Below are positions 38,801-48,192 of a stretch of DNA of 64,000 nt, piece after piece. Position 1 is the first letter of the stretch; each line of letters starts with the position of its first letter. A program made the translations under genes and the position numbers. The notes beneath the pieces are model-generated. The model was not told where the DNA came from. It did not search any database and worked only from the letters and a program-made list of their open reading frames with translations. This DNA comes from Phoronis australis. Taxonomy: Eukaryota > Animalia > Phoronida. The stretch covers positions 219,452 through 283,451 of the forward strand of contig NMRA01000412.1 in the NCBI GenBank assembly GCA_002633005.1. The letters run 5' to 3'.

Positions 38801-41800
38801 TATGAACATTTTTTCTAGGGCCCTACATAACCTTAACCCTTATCCTGCGCTAGGTGAGGTCAGCCGACAAGCCTAGTATCCTATTAAAATGCGTCCGGTG
38901 TACTCAATCGCCTATAATTAGCTACGGCTAGGCTGCGCAAGGAGAGTGTACTCACCCCAGGACACTGGTGTTTTTCATTCAGAAATTGTGAAAGCCCCAT
39001 ATGCTGTTTATACATGTGAGCATGCGCATTCCACAGTTCATAGTTTCCTGTACATTTTTTTGATTTACAACAAATGGCTGTGGTTATTTGTTTCCGAGAT
39101 ATTTGAAAGTTTACGCAAGTTTTATCTTGGCTGGTGCCAAATGTGGTAAGGTGACTATTGACCAAGTTTCTTGAGGAAGTTTTCATGGACTCAGATAGTG
39201 AAAACGAGCTGGAATTGGCACTCGAAAATGACAATGACAGTGACGGGGAAACTAACACAACAGTTATAGTAATGCAGATTCTATCGATTCGGATCTCAGT
39301 ACAAGTTTAAAGGAGTTATCGGTCCCTGAAGCTGAACTTGGAGGGGCCTACGACGATGCTTGGCTCACGCCCTTCAAGCATAATGAAAGGGCCTCTGAAA
39401 CATGATGAACTCATTCAGAACTAGATATTTTTGTGACTAATTCACAGAATAGCTTTGTGTCCCCACCCGTGTTTCAAGTTTTTGCACACCAAGGTGAACT
39501 TCAAAACAGACAAGCAACTGCAAGCAACTGCACCAGTCATGAATTCGTAATCGTGCAAAGTTGAGGTATGTTATATACTGTACATTCTTCTCGTTTGTAG
39601 ATGTGATGTTACAGACAATAAATGTGCTTTATTAAACATGCAAGTCCCATGAATTCCCTTTTAAAAGTGCTTATTACGGTTTTTGAGTTTCAGCTCTAAT
39701 GTTCTCATGTACAAAAACAGATAAAAGCAAAGGGTGTCCAGTTTGAAAGTTTATAGAATTATATACACCAAGGCTATGGTAAAGATATGCATATGTTGAA
39801 AATCTCCATTAAATTCTGAACAACTTTCGTGCAGGCCACTTTTATGTAAAGTTGGCATAACCTCTTCAAATTTCCAATCTAAAAATGTTAGGTCATTAAT
39901 CGGAGTGACCTTCATAACAGCCCAGTGCACAGAAGCAGTGGTGACCTACTTGGCTCAGCGCACAGGGAAAGTTGTCTGAATAGAGGCTTAGCAGGATAAG
40001 GGTTAATTACATGGTGTTGTTCCAAATTTTACCATGTTTGGCAAATGATGGAGTCCTACTTTCAAAGCACAGAACATTACAACCATGCAAACCAAGGTTT
40101 TTAAAACAGAACAGTTTGCCCCATCAACAGTATGCTACACTGATTTTCAAAAAAGTTAAGAAAATTTTGTATGAATTCACCAACTTTTCTGCAAAAAACT
40201 TGATTTGGAGCGATACCTGAGTTAAACATCCTCAGCCTGTCCTTGTGTTTATTCATTCTGACGTCAGCGATGGTCATGAATAAGGATGCAGGTAACAATG
40301 TCTCATATTCTTTAGAATCCGGCCATGATGATCTTCCTACCTTTAATTCCACAGATGCAGTGTTGTGACTACCTGTAATGATGAATGCACTCGTAAACAT
40401 CAAAAAATTTCAATCATTACTTCTGGCTTTATTGTAAGCCTGCACAGTCCATACAGAGAACTTAAATGTAGTGTAAGTTAGAAAATGTAGCACACTGAAA
40501 TGATTTTACCAACCAGTCACTAGGCAACTTTAAATGTACAACATGTAAAGTACTATACCCAAAGAATTCCGGGGAACTGAAAGTAACGTATTTACAGTTA
40601 ATCAATCACGTGTTCGCAACAGTTTTAAGCACGTATACCCCAGTTTGATTGCCCGTAAAAAACTAAAGTCACACAGCACTCATTTAACCTAATTCATTAA
40701 ATGTAACTTACCAATATCTATTGAAGAAATTGTACACATTGTTTCTAGTTGCAAGTGGACCTCTGTCTTGTTGCACCGGTTAGTTGAGTTACATAGCCAC
40801 TTCAGGTGAATGTCAGGTTTTAGCAGGTTTGAAGCGGGATTTTTATTATCCTTGAATGTAAAATCACACAATCAACTGCCAGCAATTGCTGCTTGAACAC
40901 CACTGACATCAACCCTAGGGACTCAGGTGGTAGGTTGGTAATCCTCTGCATCTCGCTAACTGAAAAAATATTTCTGGAATCCACAAATAATTTTTTATTG
41001 AAAACAAAATGAATACCATTAAAATCAAACAGGTCTTTTACACGTTTTTCATCCCTTTCCAGTTGACGTTATAGACTCATGTATGTGACCTGCCCACTGA
41101 TACAGTGATGCACTGTCTGGAAAACACATCAGACAACCTACAATTTTTCACAGGTAGTCTTATCATGATGGATGTGAGATATCTTTTGACACTAATGAAC
41201 AACTGTGAAGAGACAGCAAAACACTACATGAACATCAGTATATGTATCTTCCTTGAGCGACTGGTAGGGGGAGTGCATCACAGCCTGGACAAAACACAGT
41301 TAGTTTATTCTGACTGATGTTTTTGGACCAACGCTTGTTCTGCTAGAACATATCTCTAACATACACTGAATAAGCAAAAAAGGAAATGCAGCGTATGCCA
41401 TTACACATACAGGAATGTGTTCAAGAACTTTGGCAATGTTCGTCTTGTCACTACATAGCAAGCATGATTACCTACTGCTTTACCTTCGATCAAACAACGA
41501 TCCCAATCAAAGGTTCAGCAACAGTTAATCACAGCGATCAACAGTCGTCATATCAAACACTGAAACACGGGTGAGATTTAATGCGACCTGACGTCAGACT
41601 TCTGGGCACGTCTGTTTTCCTGTGAAATGGCATACGCAGTACCCCTCCTTTATTTGTGCTGTAGAGGTGTCGGGTAGATCTAAATGAGCTCCCAAGCATG
41701 GTACGGACGAGGATGAACAATCTCCGAACAAACTCCCTGGGCTGAAGCCGTGAAGGCTGTAGCAAAGGAAAAGCCAAAGCCAAAGGCAAAGTATGGTACA

Positions 41801-41958
41801 GTTGGCAGGGGCCCAACTCCGCCAGGTCGAGGGCTTGTCCCCAACATTTCTCTACGTCTAGTTACTTGAAGTTTCACACAAAATTTCCAGAATCTATAAT
41901 GACTCCAGCTCACCTGTGAACTAAAGCTCAGCAAATGTGAAATGTTTACGATTGGCAT
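29612..41958 (-). CDS. XNDC1N: XRCC1 N-terminal domain-containing protein (XNDC1N-like) with a long C-terminal extension ending in a UBZ4-type zinc finger; 10 exons, about 614 aa
   Basis: Minus-strand exons 41958-41914, 40850-40712, 40372-40217, 38127-37985, 37485-37367, 37126-36940, 34202-34127, 32899-32298, 31374-31277 and 29891-29612. All GT-AG with compatible phases (1845 nt including TAG). The N-terminus (ISHLLSFSSQD..NLLKPD..W..LQLE..IDIG..VGRSSWP..TLLPA..RMF..WDRIKVICSQPY..FG) matches the XRCC1-N family, and the GRSSWP/TLLPA signature fits XNDC1N better than XRCC1. No BRCT domains seen. Downstream exon linkage is inferred from phase only. Confidence 0.8.
31277..31374 (-). CDS. XNDC1N: XNDC1N-like exon 9 (VQASSEKKQKLV...NGWLARME)
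   Basis: TTTTAG acceptor, GTTTGT donor; phase 0 in, phase 2 out. Confidence 0.65.
32298..32899 (-). CDS. XNDC1N: XNDC1N-like exon 8 (DLRHGLERKKARKLSKEERKVFF...RRLSETQ)
   Basis: 200-codon open frame within ORF 32262-32909; TGCAG acceptor, GTTTGT donor. Confidence 0.78.
34127..34202 (-). CDS. XNDC1N: XNDC1N-like exon 7 (FDDEVETFLMELDATKLDLDAVKFS)
   Basis: TTTCAG acceptor, GTAAGT donor; phase 1 joins the next exon (D-LRHGLE). Confidence 0.75.
35266..35414 (-). mobile_element. PIF/Harbinger-like MITE, copy 2
   Basis: Reverse complement matches 22383-22535 (CACCTGACGTCATGCAACAATCAAACTTATCCA). Confidence 0.65.
36507..36660. repeat. Minisatellite of about 20-bp self-complementary units (TGCGT-N6-ACGCA + 4-nt spacer)
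   Basis: About 7 units, e.g. TGCGTGATGTGACGCA, TGCGTGATATGACGCA, TGCGTTACGTTACGCA, TGCGTAACGTGACGCA. Confidence 0.8.
36940..37126 (-). CDS. XNDC1N: XNDC1N-like exon 6 (DSFKRTMKDKLVKL...GRAQRKPS)
   Basis: TTTTAG acceptor in matching phase, GTAATC donor. Confidence 0.7.
37367..37485 (-). CDS. XNDC1N: XNDC1N-like exon 5 (NNVPINSLEKLP...IKRHFFGKSQSK)
   Basis: TTTTACAG acceptor, GTAAGT donor; phase 0 in, phase 2 out. Confidence 0.75.
37985..38127 (-). CDS. XNDC1N: XNDC1N-like exon 4 (ENFASGIASEKWDRIKVICSQPYSKDKFGISMIKI...)
   Basis: TGTAG acceptor, GTAAGT donor; end of the XRCC1-N domain. Confidence 0.9.
38837..40002 (+). mobile_element. Internally deleted piggyBac transposon (1166 bp) in XNDC1N-like intron 3
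   Basis: TTAA|CCCTTATCCTGC ... GCAGGATAAGGG|TTAA: 12-bp perfect TIR and TTAA TSD. Retains an acidic transposase N-terminal remnant (EEVFMDSDSENELELALENDNDSD) and a C-terminal Cys-rich remnant (ALCPHPCFKFLHTK, about 39452-39493); the DDD core is missing. Confidence 0.88.
40217..40372 (-). CDS. XNDC1N: XNDC1N-like exon 3 (SHNTASVELKVGRSSWP...RLRMFNS)
   Basis: TACAG acceptor, GTATC donor. Confidence 0.9.
40712..40850 (-). CDS. XNDC1N: XNDC1N-like exon 2 (DNKNPASNLLKPD...SSIDIG)
   Basis: AAG acceptor, GTAAG donor; XRCC1-N motifs. Confidence 0.9.
41914..41958 (-). CDS. XNDC1N: XNDC1N-like exon 1 (MPIVNISHLLSFSSQ)
   Basis: ATG at 41958, donor GTGAG. Confidence 0.88.
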
Positions 41959-42278
41959 TTTCACGGGCACTACACTCTACTACAGCAGCAAACAAGATCT
42001 ATAGTTCCCGCGTAAAATTTGTTTATATCTGGCAAACTCTTTCCAGTTAATCTGGAAACTTATAAAACACAATTAGATATGACAAGAATGAGGATCCTTG
42101 GTCTTTATTAATCTATTGCACGAAAAGTCCGTAAACCGATTTTACCTTTCAACTAAACATGAATATTTATTTAGTCGAGCTGATCAAAATTCCTCCATTT
42201 CCGTTTTAACGGAAGTTGTATTGCACATGCGTCAAAGATCCGTAGCAACAGCAGTGAGGTGATTCGTATTCGGCAAAA
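41959..42278. promoter_or_regulatory. Putative bidirectional promoter between XNDC1N-like (-) and DYNLRB (+)
   Basis: Divergent start codons about 320 bp apart. Contains ETS-like ACGGAAGT (about 42209), TGCACATGCG (NRF1-like) and CCGTAGCAAC (RFX X-box half site, 42240-42249). Confidence 0.55.
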
Positions 42279-45200
42279 ATGGTAACTTTTTGACCCTTTA
42301 AACGTTTCCAACAAGTTTCAGGGTTGACCGAAAAGCATCAGAAACAAATGCAGAAAAGAAAAAGCCCGACAATTCAACTCAAAATTGATATCAGTATTTT
42401 AAGTTATTGATTTCTCGCATCTATTTTGATTTCTGCATGGCAGGGTTATCACTCTGTCTCGGCATCTGGCTAGACAGTGCCACCGTCGGGGCGGTGAAGC
42501 TCCTATAGGTGTTTGATAGGCTGGAAGTTTTTTCGGCATCAAATTCACGTTGATTTTAGTACATGTTTGCGCTTAGAGGGACACCTTTAATTTCTTCCAA
42601 CTCCAACTTGAACAAATGCTCCCGTAGCCAAACTTTTTTTTCGAGCAGTCTGTTCAGTTTCCTAAATCAGCATCCTACTTTTACTGCTCTCGTCAAGAGT
42701 GCTGGCAGTGTTAAAAACCGCCAATTGCATTCGGGCAACTGAACGAAGGACTGCTCAATTGGAAGGAAGGAATTAAGGACATCGATAGCCTCCTAGTGTG
42801 CGCCAGGAACACATTGTTAAGTGTCCATGCAGTTGCCTATTTGGGCAACTGAAAGAAGGGTTGCTTGAAAAAAGTTTGATTATGAAAGTATGTGTTTGAG
42901 TTGGAAAGAATTAAAAACATCAATGGCCTTCTGTGGTGTCCCTGTATGCACAAAAGGTATTTATAACACCGTGACTTTGATATTTTAATCAGTGAGGCAT
43001 AACTCACCAAAAAGCTTCCGGTATATGAAGGCCCTAATAGAGCCTCACTGTCTCTACTGGGACCAACTAGAGATGGTGATAACTGTCTAGCATCTGGCAA
43101 GTAGTGAAATCTATCATTTAGTTGTGAAAACTGAGTTGTGACCTTGTGAATATCAAATCAAAAAGTCCTGGTCCTGATTTTGATCCACCTTCACTAGTTC
43201 ACTGTTTCAGGCTCTAGAGTCTCTGTCTTCACTGTTTTCAGTGCATGGAGTTCGAGGTCACTGTATTCCAGGACCTTTCACGTCATCGCTGGCGGGGTGG
43301 GGGTTTGGAAAGGTGATGATTTATCAGAAGGAGAGAGGGTTAGACTCTTGGTGATGTCATCAATTAGTTTATTAGAATATCACAGTAAATATCGTTAGGA
43401 AACTGGTTCACCTAGTGGAACTGGGACTCACCTTATCACGCTTCTGGTTTTGATTGATATTTCTCTAGGCTGGTCTTATAAAATACGCAGGCAAATGACA
43501 GACCCACTCCATCACAGCCTAAAGGGAGGGGTGGCTGTGATGATGTAATTAGAGGCTGGACTGGGGAGTTTATATCACGATATTGGGTGATGTCAGGGAG
43601 TGGGGGGTGAATGCACCCTTAGTTAGTGATTCGAACATTCCTGAAGCTGGGCGTATGATTCCTCATCAAGCTTACATCACAGAGACATGTCCCAGTAGTC
43701 CCAGATATGTTGCATGCTGAAAGCCTCTGAGTCCTATTATCGCCTCGCCTATCAGAGACACACTGCGTGTTGGTGTTTGAAGTTCCTGACTCTCAGAAAT
43801 GATGCATTGTTGGGTCCAGTTGAAAACGAATGAAGGAGGTCTTCTGATTACAAGAAGTGTCGAATTGAATGAATGCTAACTAGAGTAGTTGAGATCCACC
43901 ACCCTTTCTATTCAAATAGAAAATTAAGGGTATAGTACATCTTGTGTTCGGTGTCAGACAATTACCCCCTCGGCTCAAAATCCTTCATAGCCTCACCTCC
44001 TGCCTTACAGAAGGCCAGGTGATCAGGATACCTTGTCTATAAGTCTTGGATGGACCCTTTCTGCTTTTTCCAAACAGTTACGACTCTGGTTCATTTATTT
44101 CCTGTAGCATGTAGTTGGATGTGTGCATCGCAACTTCATGGAATTTTTACCAGGTCGTCAAACAAAATCTGATGTCACCCTATTGTCTAGAGAATGTTTG
44201 GAAGCTGTAGTGTAGGAAATTTCGGTGTCTCCGGTGGGACTTGAACCCAGGTTGCACAAGTGACAGTCAAGCATCTAAGCCATTCGGCCAAGAGGCAATT
44301 GCTGCTTGGCAAGCGACTTTGAGAGGCTTTATATTTCTGTATTTTTCATCACAACCGGAAGTTACGCTTCACAACACTACTCCTCCTTCCGTGAAACAGG
44401 CGCGCTCCCTGGCGTTTAGATCTCAGTAACACCCTAGCGTCCTGGAATTTGACCTCAGCAACGCTCTCTTTGTGTTCTGAATCCAGCAGTACCAGGTCGC
44501 CCTCTCTCCATCCACTGCTTTACATCTCAGGATTAATTGTGGATTTTTCCTTAGTTGGATTTCAATGTAGAAAATTTCTGTGTCTCTGGCTGGACTTGAA
44601 CCCAGGTTGCACGAGCGACAGTCCAGCAACTAAAACATTCGGCCAAGAGGCACTTGCCACTTGATAAGCGACATAGAAAGGCTTTATCTGACTACTTGTC
44701 ATCACAACCAGAAGTCACGCTTCACAATAGTACCGTACGTCCTGGTCATCTAAATGGACACTCTAACTCTACTATGGATGCCGTGGCAATGACGCCCGAT
44801 GTATCATTTGGACTCCCACTGTCAATCAGAATTTCTCTAGCCCTCTGCTGACACCTGAAATTCTCTCAACTCTACTAGATATTGTGCACTTTTCCCCAAC
44901 TCTTCATGTCAAAATTGGTACTACCCATCATAACTTTCAATGTGTCAGATGGAATGTATAGTTTGGCATTTGACTGAGAGCATTATCAAAAGCCAGCATG
45001 GCGTGGTAATCTGTTTAGAGCGTGTTCCAACGTTTAGAGTACTTGTGAAGCACGTCATTGTGATTTTCTTCCTCATATTTTGTTCATTTTGACCAAGGAA
45101 TGATATGTTCGCAAGTTATATTACATGTCACCTTCAGTGATGGGATATTTGCTAGGTGTTTATTGTAATTAAGGAGAATTGCCACATTTTCGTTAAGTTT

Positions 45201-48093
45201 GGAAATTAATAAGAATTACCTTAAAGTTTTAGATTACAGGGTATCATTTTTTGTTATAAATTTAATGAGTCATTACCGGAAATCAACATCACATGAATTC
45301 ATGTCAGTTAATCCTGTGATTCCAAAATCACCATTTTAATGGCCAATTCCTCAAATCATTTGTCAGTTCCTGTATTGGAAATGAAAATGAGTTCTTCAAA
45401 TTGTAAATTGTTAATTGTATTTGTAATCCGACAACAAATTGAGTCCATTAGTGTGCCTGAGTCAGACTCGATACTGAATGCCAGTGTGGAGTCGCCGAGC
45501 TGAGTGTGACTGAGTCATGAGTCGTGTCGAGTTGTTGTGTTCCTGGCTATACTTGCTGTCTAGTTGCGCACTCGATCAGAGTACTCTTCCATCAATTCTC
45601 GAAGGACATTGCAAGCAGAAGATCATAGCTGGTGAAAATTAGAATTGTTGCATTGCCAGTCAATGCCTCGTTTGAAAGTCTGGTTTCAAAAAGAGAAATG
45701 TGGGCCACTCACAGGCGCTCACTTCCTCAGTCTTGCTCATCTTGAATAAAGTTGCACTTTTCCTCGGTATAACTGGGATTGATCTTTATTTTACAGTTGC
45801 AGAAACTCTCGTGAAACATTCACCACTCTACTAAATAACGGAACTGATGAATGACTTGAGAAATTGTCAACGAAGACTAGAATTTTGCTATAACAATACA
45901 CGGGATAAAATGGCAGGGAATTCATGTGATGTTGACTTATGGTTTCGCGAAAGCTTGGATTTTGACAAATGATTTTTTACAAAAAGTCATTTTATTTCGT
46001 ATTATTCACCCAAACATAAAAATTGCATAATTTGCATTAAAAATTCTCTTTGTAAAAGTAAATTTCTCTTTTATTATTGAGATCATCTCTCTTGAATTAA
46101 TTTGGAATGCGTGTAAGGAATTAGGTGAACTTCTATTGAATTTTGAATTTTTCAGTCTGAAGTGGAAGACACAATTAAGAAGATCATGGCCCAGAAAGGG
46201 GTGTTGGGAATTCTAATTATGAATAACGATGGTAAGAGTTTATGAATTCAGTTTGTTTTCATCTAGTGTGCATTCGACTTTAAGTTACTTTCAAAATCAA
46301 ACAGATGGTATTTACCGAATCTCACCAGTTTGCTGTTGTTGATGCATGTTTTACATGTACTGTAAGTACCAAAAGAAACCGAACAAAGTAATCCACCATG
46401 AACTCCCTGCATTAGTCCGTAGGGCATGGATAAGTAACCATTATAGTAAGACTTATTCTCTACCGGGCCTTACACGAAGTGGTCAAATAGTTTGTATCTA
46501 AATAAGAGTTTGTGAACTTCTCTAACAATTTTTGTTGGCATGTACTTTTGATAATGGCCCTAGTTATTGTTGTGGAGGATACAGTAATTAAAGAGCTGCG
46601 TTCTACCTCGGCCCCGTTCTAGGTATCCCCATCCGCACAACTCTTGATAGCCAGACGTCGACACACTACTGCTCTCTTGTGAGCACATTCAGCCAAAAAG
46701 CACGAACCACTGTGAGAGACCTTGACCCTGCGAATGACCTCACCTTCATCAGGATACACTCCAAGAAAAGTGAAATCATGGTTGCACCCGGTGAGTCAGT
46801 GATGCACAACCTTTTTTCCTGTCAATAGTTTTAGAATTTCTTGGCTTGCTTGCCTTAAAGCTTGCCTCAGTGCTATTTAGGTCAAGCCAAAGTTGCTAAC
46901 TTTAACCTCAAATAAATGCCAGTGAACCTTACCATTGAATCCACGTACTCCGTTTGGTTAGTGATATTATTGTGTGTTGTGAGAAACACATGCCATAAAC
47001 AAAACAAAGAGCCCTTCCCCAAACACGAAACAAAATGATAGCAAGGCATGGGACTTTAAATGTAATTTTTTTGTTTATTTCAAACACTGAACTTGTCTAT
47101 TGAATCTTATTTTCTTGAGAATATTTTTTTTTTATTTTTATGAATGAAACATTTATTAATTCAACCAACCAGTACATAGTTGTGCAGCAATATGAAATCT
47201 AGTCAAATACATCAAACAATTTACGAACTTTATCGAATCCTATAAAATTTAGTTGCTAGGCAAAAAGAAGACCACCTTGCCTGGAATGTCTCAGGATCCA
47301 ATTTATAATTGTAAATAGTTTTTTCCAAGTTGTGGTAATCACATACCTCACAAATGAGAATATTTGGTCATTCCTGTTATTGTGAAACAAGCAGTGTGAA
47401 GTTACAATGCCTAACATCAAGTGTACATGTAGGGGTCACATCTAGTTACAGCCACAATCCTTTAACTGCTCTTGGTCTTTCATGTGTGATTAGCTTTGAA
47501 AGGCTTCCTCCCCAAAATAGAATCTTCAAGTTTTTAGAGATAGCATTGGATGTGAGTTTTATCTTTCATCTATTTATAAAATTCCTCTGCATGGAATGCA
47601 GCACCTTTAGTACATTGATTGTCACTGACTGTAAAGTAAAGTCTATATCCCTGACACTAATCTGGTAGACTTCAAACCTGTCTCGGAAAACATGATTACG
47701 ATACATTTGTATTTCGGTGTATGCCTTAGGGAGCTCTTATTAAATTTTCAATCAAGTGCTCAGTACAATGGACCCCAGCAATTTGACTCAATGATGCAAT
47801 TTCATTCCTGGAACATCCTACAATATCCTTTGCTCTATTTTGGCATGGTTTTCAAACACAATTTACACGCTTTTGTCTCCCGCAGGCAATCTGATGTCTC
47901 GTGATGCAACAGACGTGCGCATGTTTTGTGGCTGGGCCTATTGCACCAAACTAATGAGATTTACTGGTTGTTTGTTTTGTCATAATCCTAAACTGATATT
48001 AAACCCCCATTTTCAAAGGTTTTTGTTTGTTTTATTTCAGAGAAGGAATACATCATGGTTGTCATACAAAAAGCCAGCAGTTCTAAGGATTAA
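42279..48093 (+). CDS. DYNLRB: Dynein light chain roadblock-type (LC7/robl); 4 coding exons, 99 aa
   Basis: Exons 42279-42281 (ATG only, followed by GTAACT; placement inferred), 46156-46231 ([26 protein letters not shown]), 46623-46790 (IPIRTTLD...[26 protein letters not shown]) and 48041-48093 ([17 protein letters not shown]). Classic roadblock sequence with GT-AG introns. Confidence 0.9.
44206..44734 (-). mobile_element. TRIM-like miniature LTR element whose two about 175-bp repeats each contain a tRNA-like Pol III cassette (Helenus-like)
   Basis: Direct repeats 44206-44381 and about 44561-44734. On the minus strand the purine tract GGAAGGAGGA immediately precedes one repeat, which has GTAGTG...CACTACA termini. 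Each repeat holds A box TGGCCGAATG and B box GGTTCAAGTCC. Confidence 0.6.
46156..46231 (+). CDS. DYNLRB: roadblock exon 2
   Basis: TTTCAG acceptor, GTAAG donor; [18 protein letters not shown]. Confidence 0.93.
46623..46790 (+). CDS. DYNLRB: roadblock exon 3
   Basis: TTCTAG acceptor, GTGAGT donor; [26 protein letters not shown]. Confidence 0.95.
48041..48093 (+). CDS. DYNLRB: roadblock terminal exon
   Basis: TTTCAG acceptor; [10 protein letters not shown]; TAA at 48091-48093. Confidence 0.9.
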
Positions 48094-48192
48094 TCTCACA
48101 GCCCACAACACTTGAAGACATTTATTATGCAGCTTTTAAAATCAGCTGTTTTGTATTTATTGTAAATCTCATTTTATTTGTATTTTGTGTCT

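Noticed and set aside
29612-41958. Calling this gene XRCC1
   Set aside because: No BRCT domains found in the downstream exons, and the N-domain signature is closer to XNDC1N.
44224-44296. Functional tRNA-Asp(GTC) gene
   Set aside because: D and anticodon stems do not pair properly, and the unit sits in a duplicated LTR-like repeat; treated as a TE component. The same applies to the tRNA-like units at 11746 and 59245.
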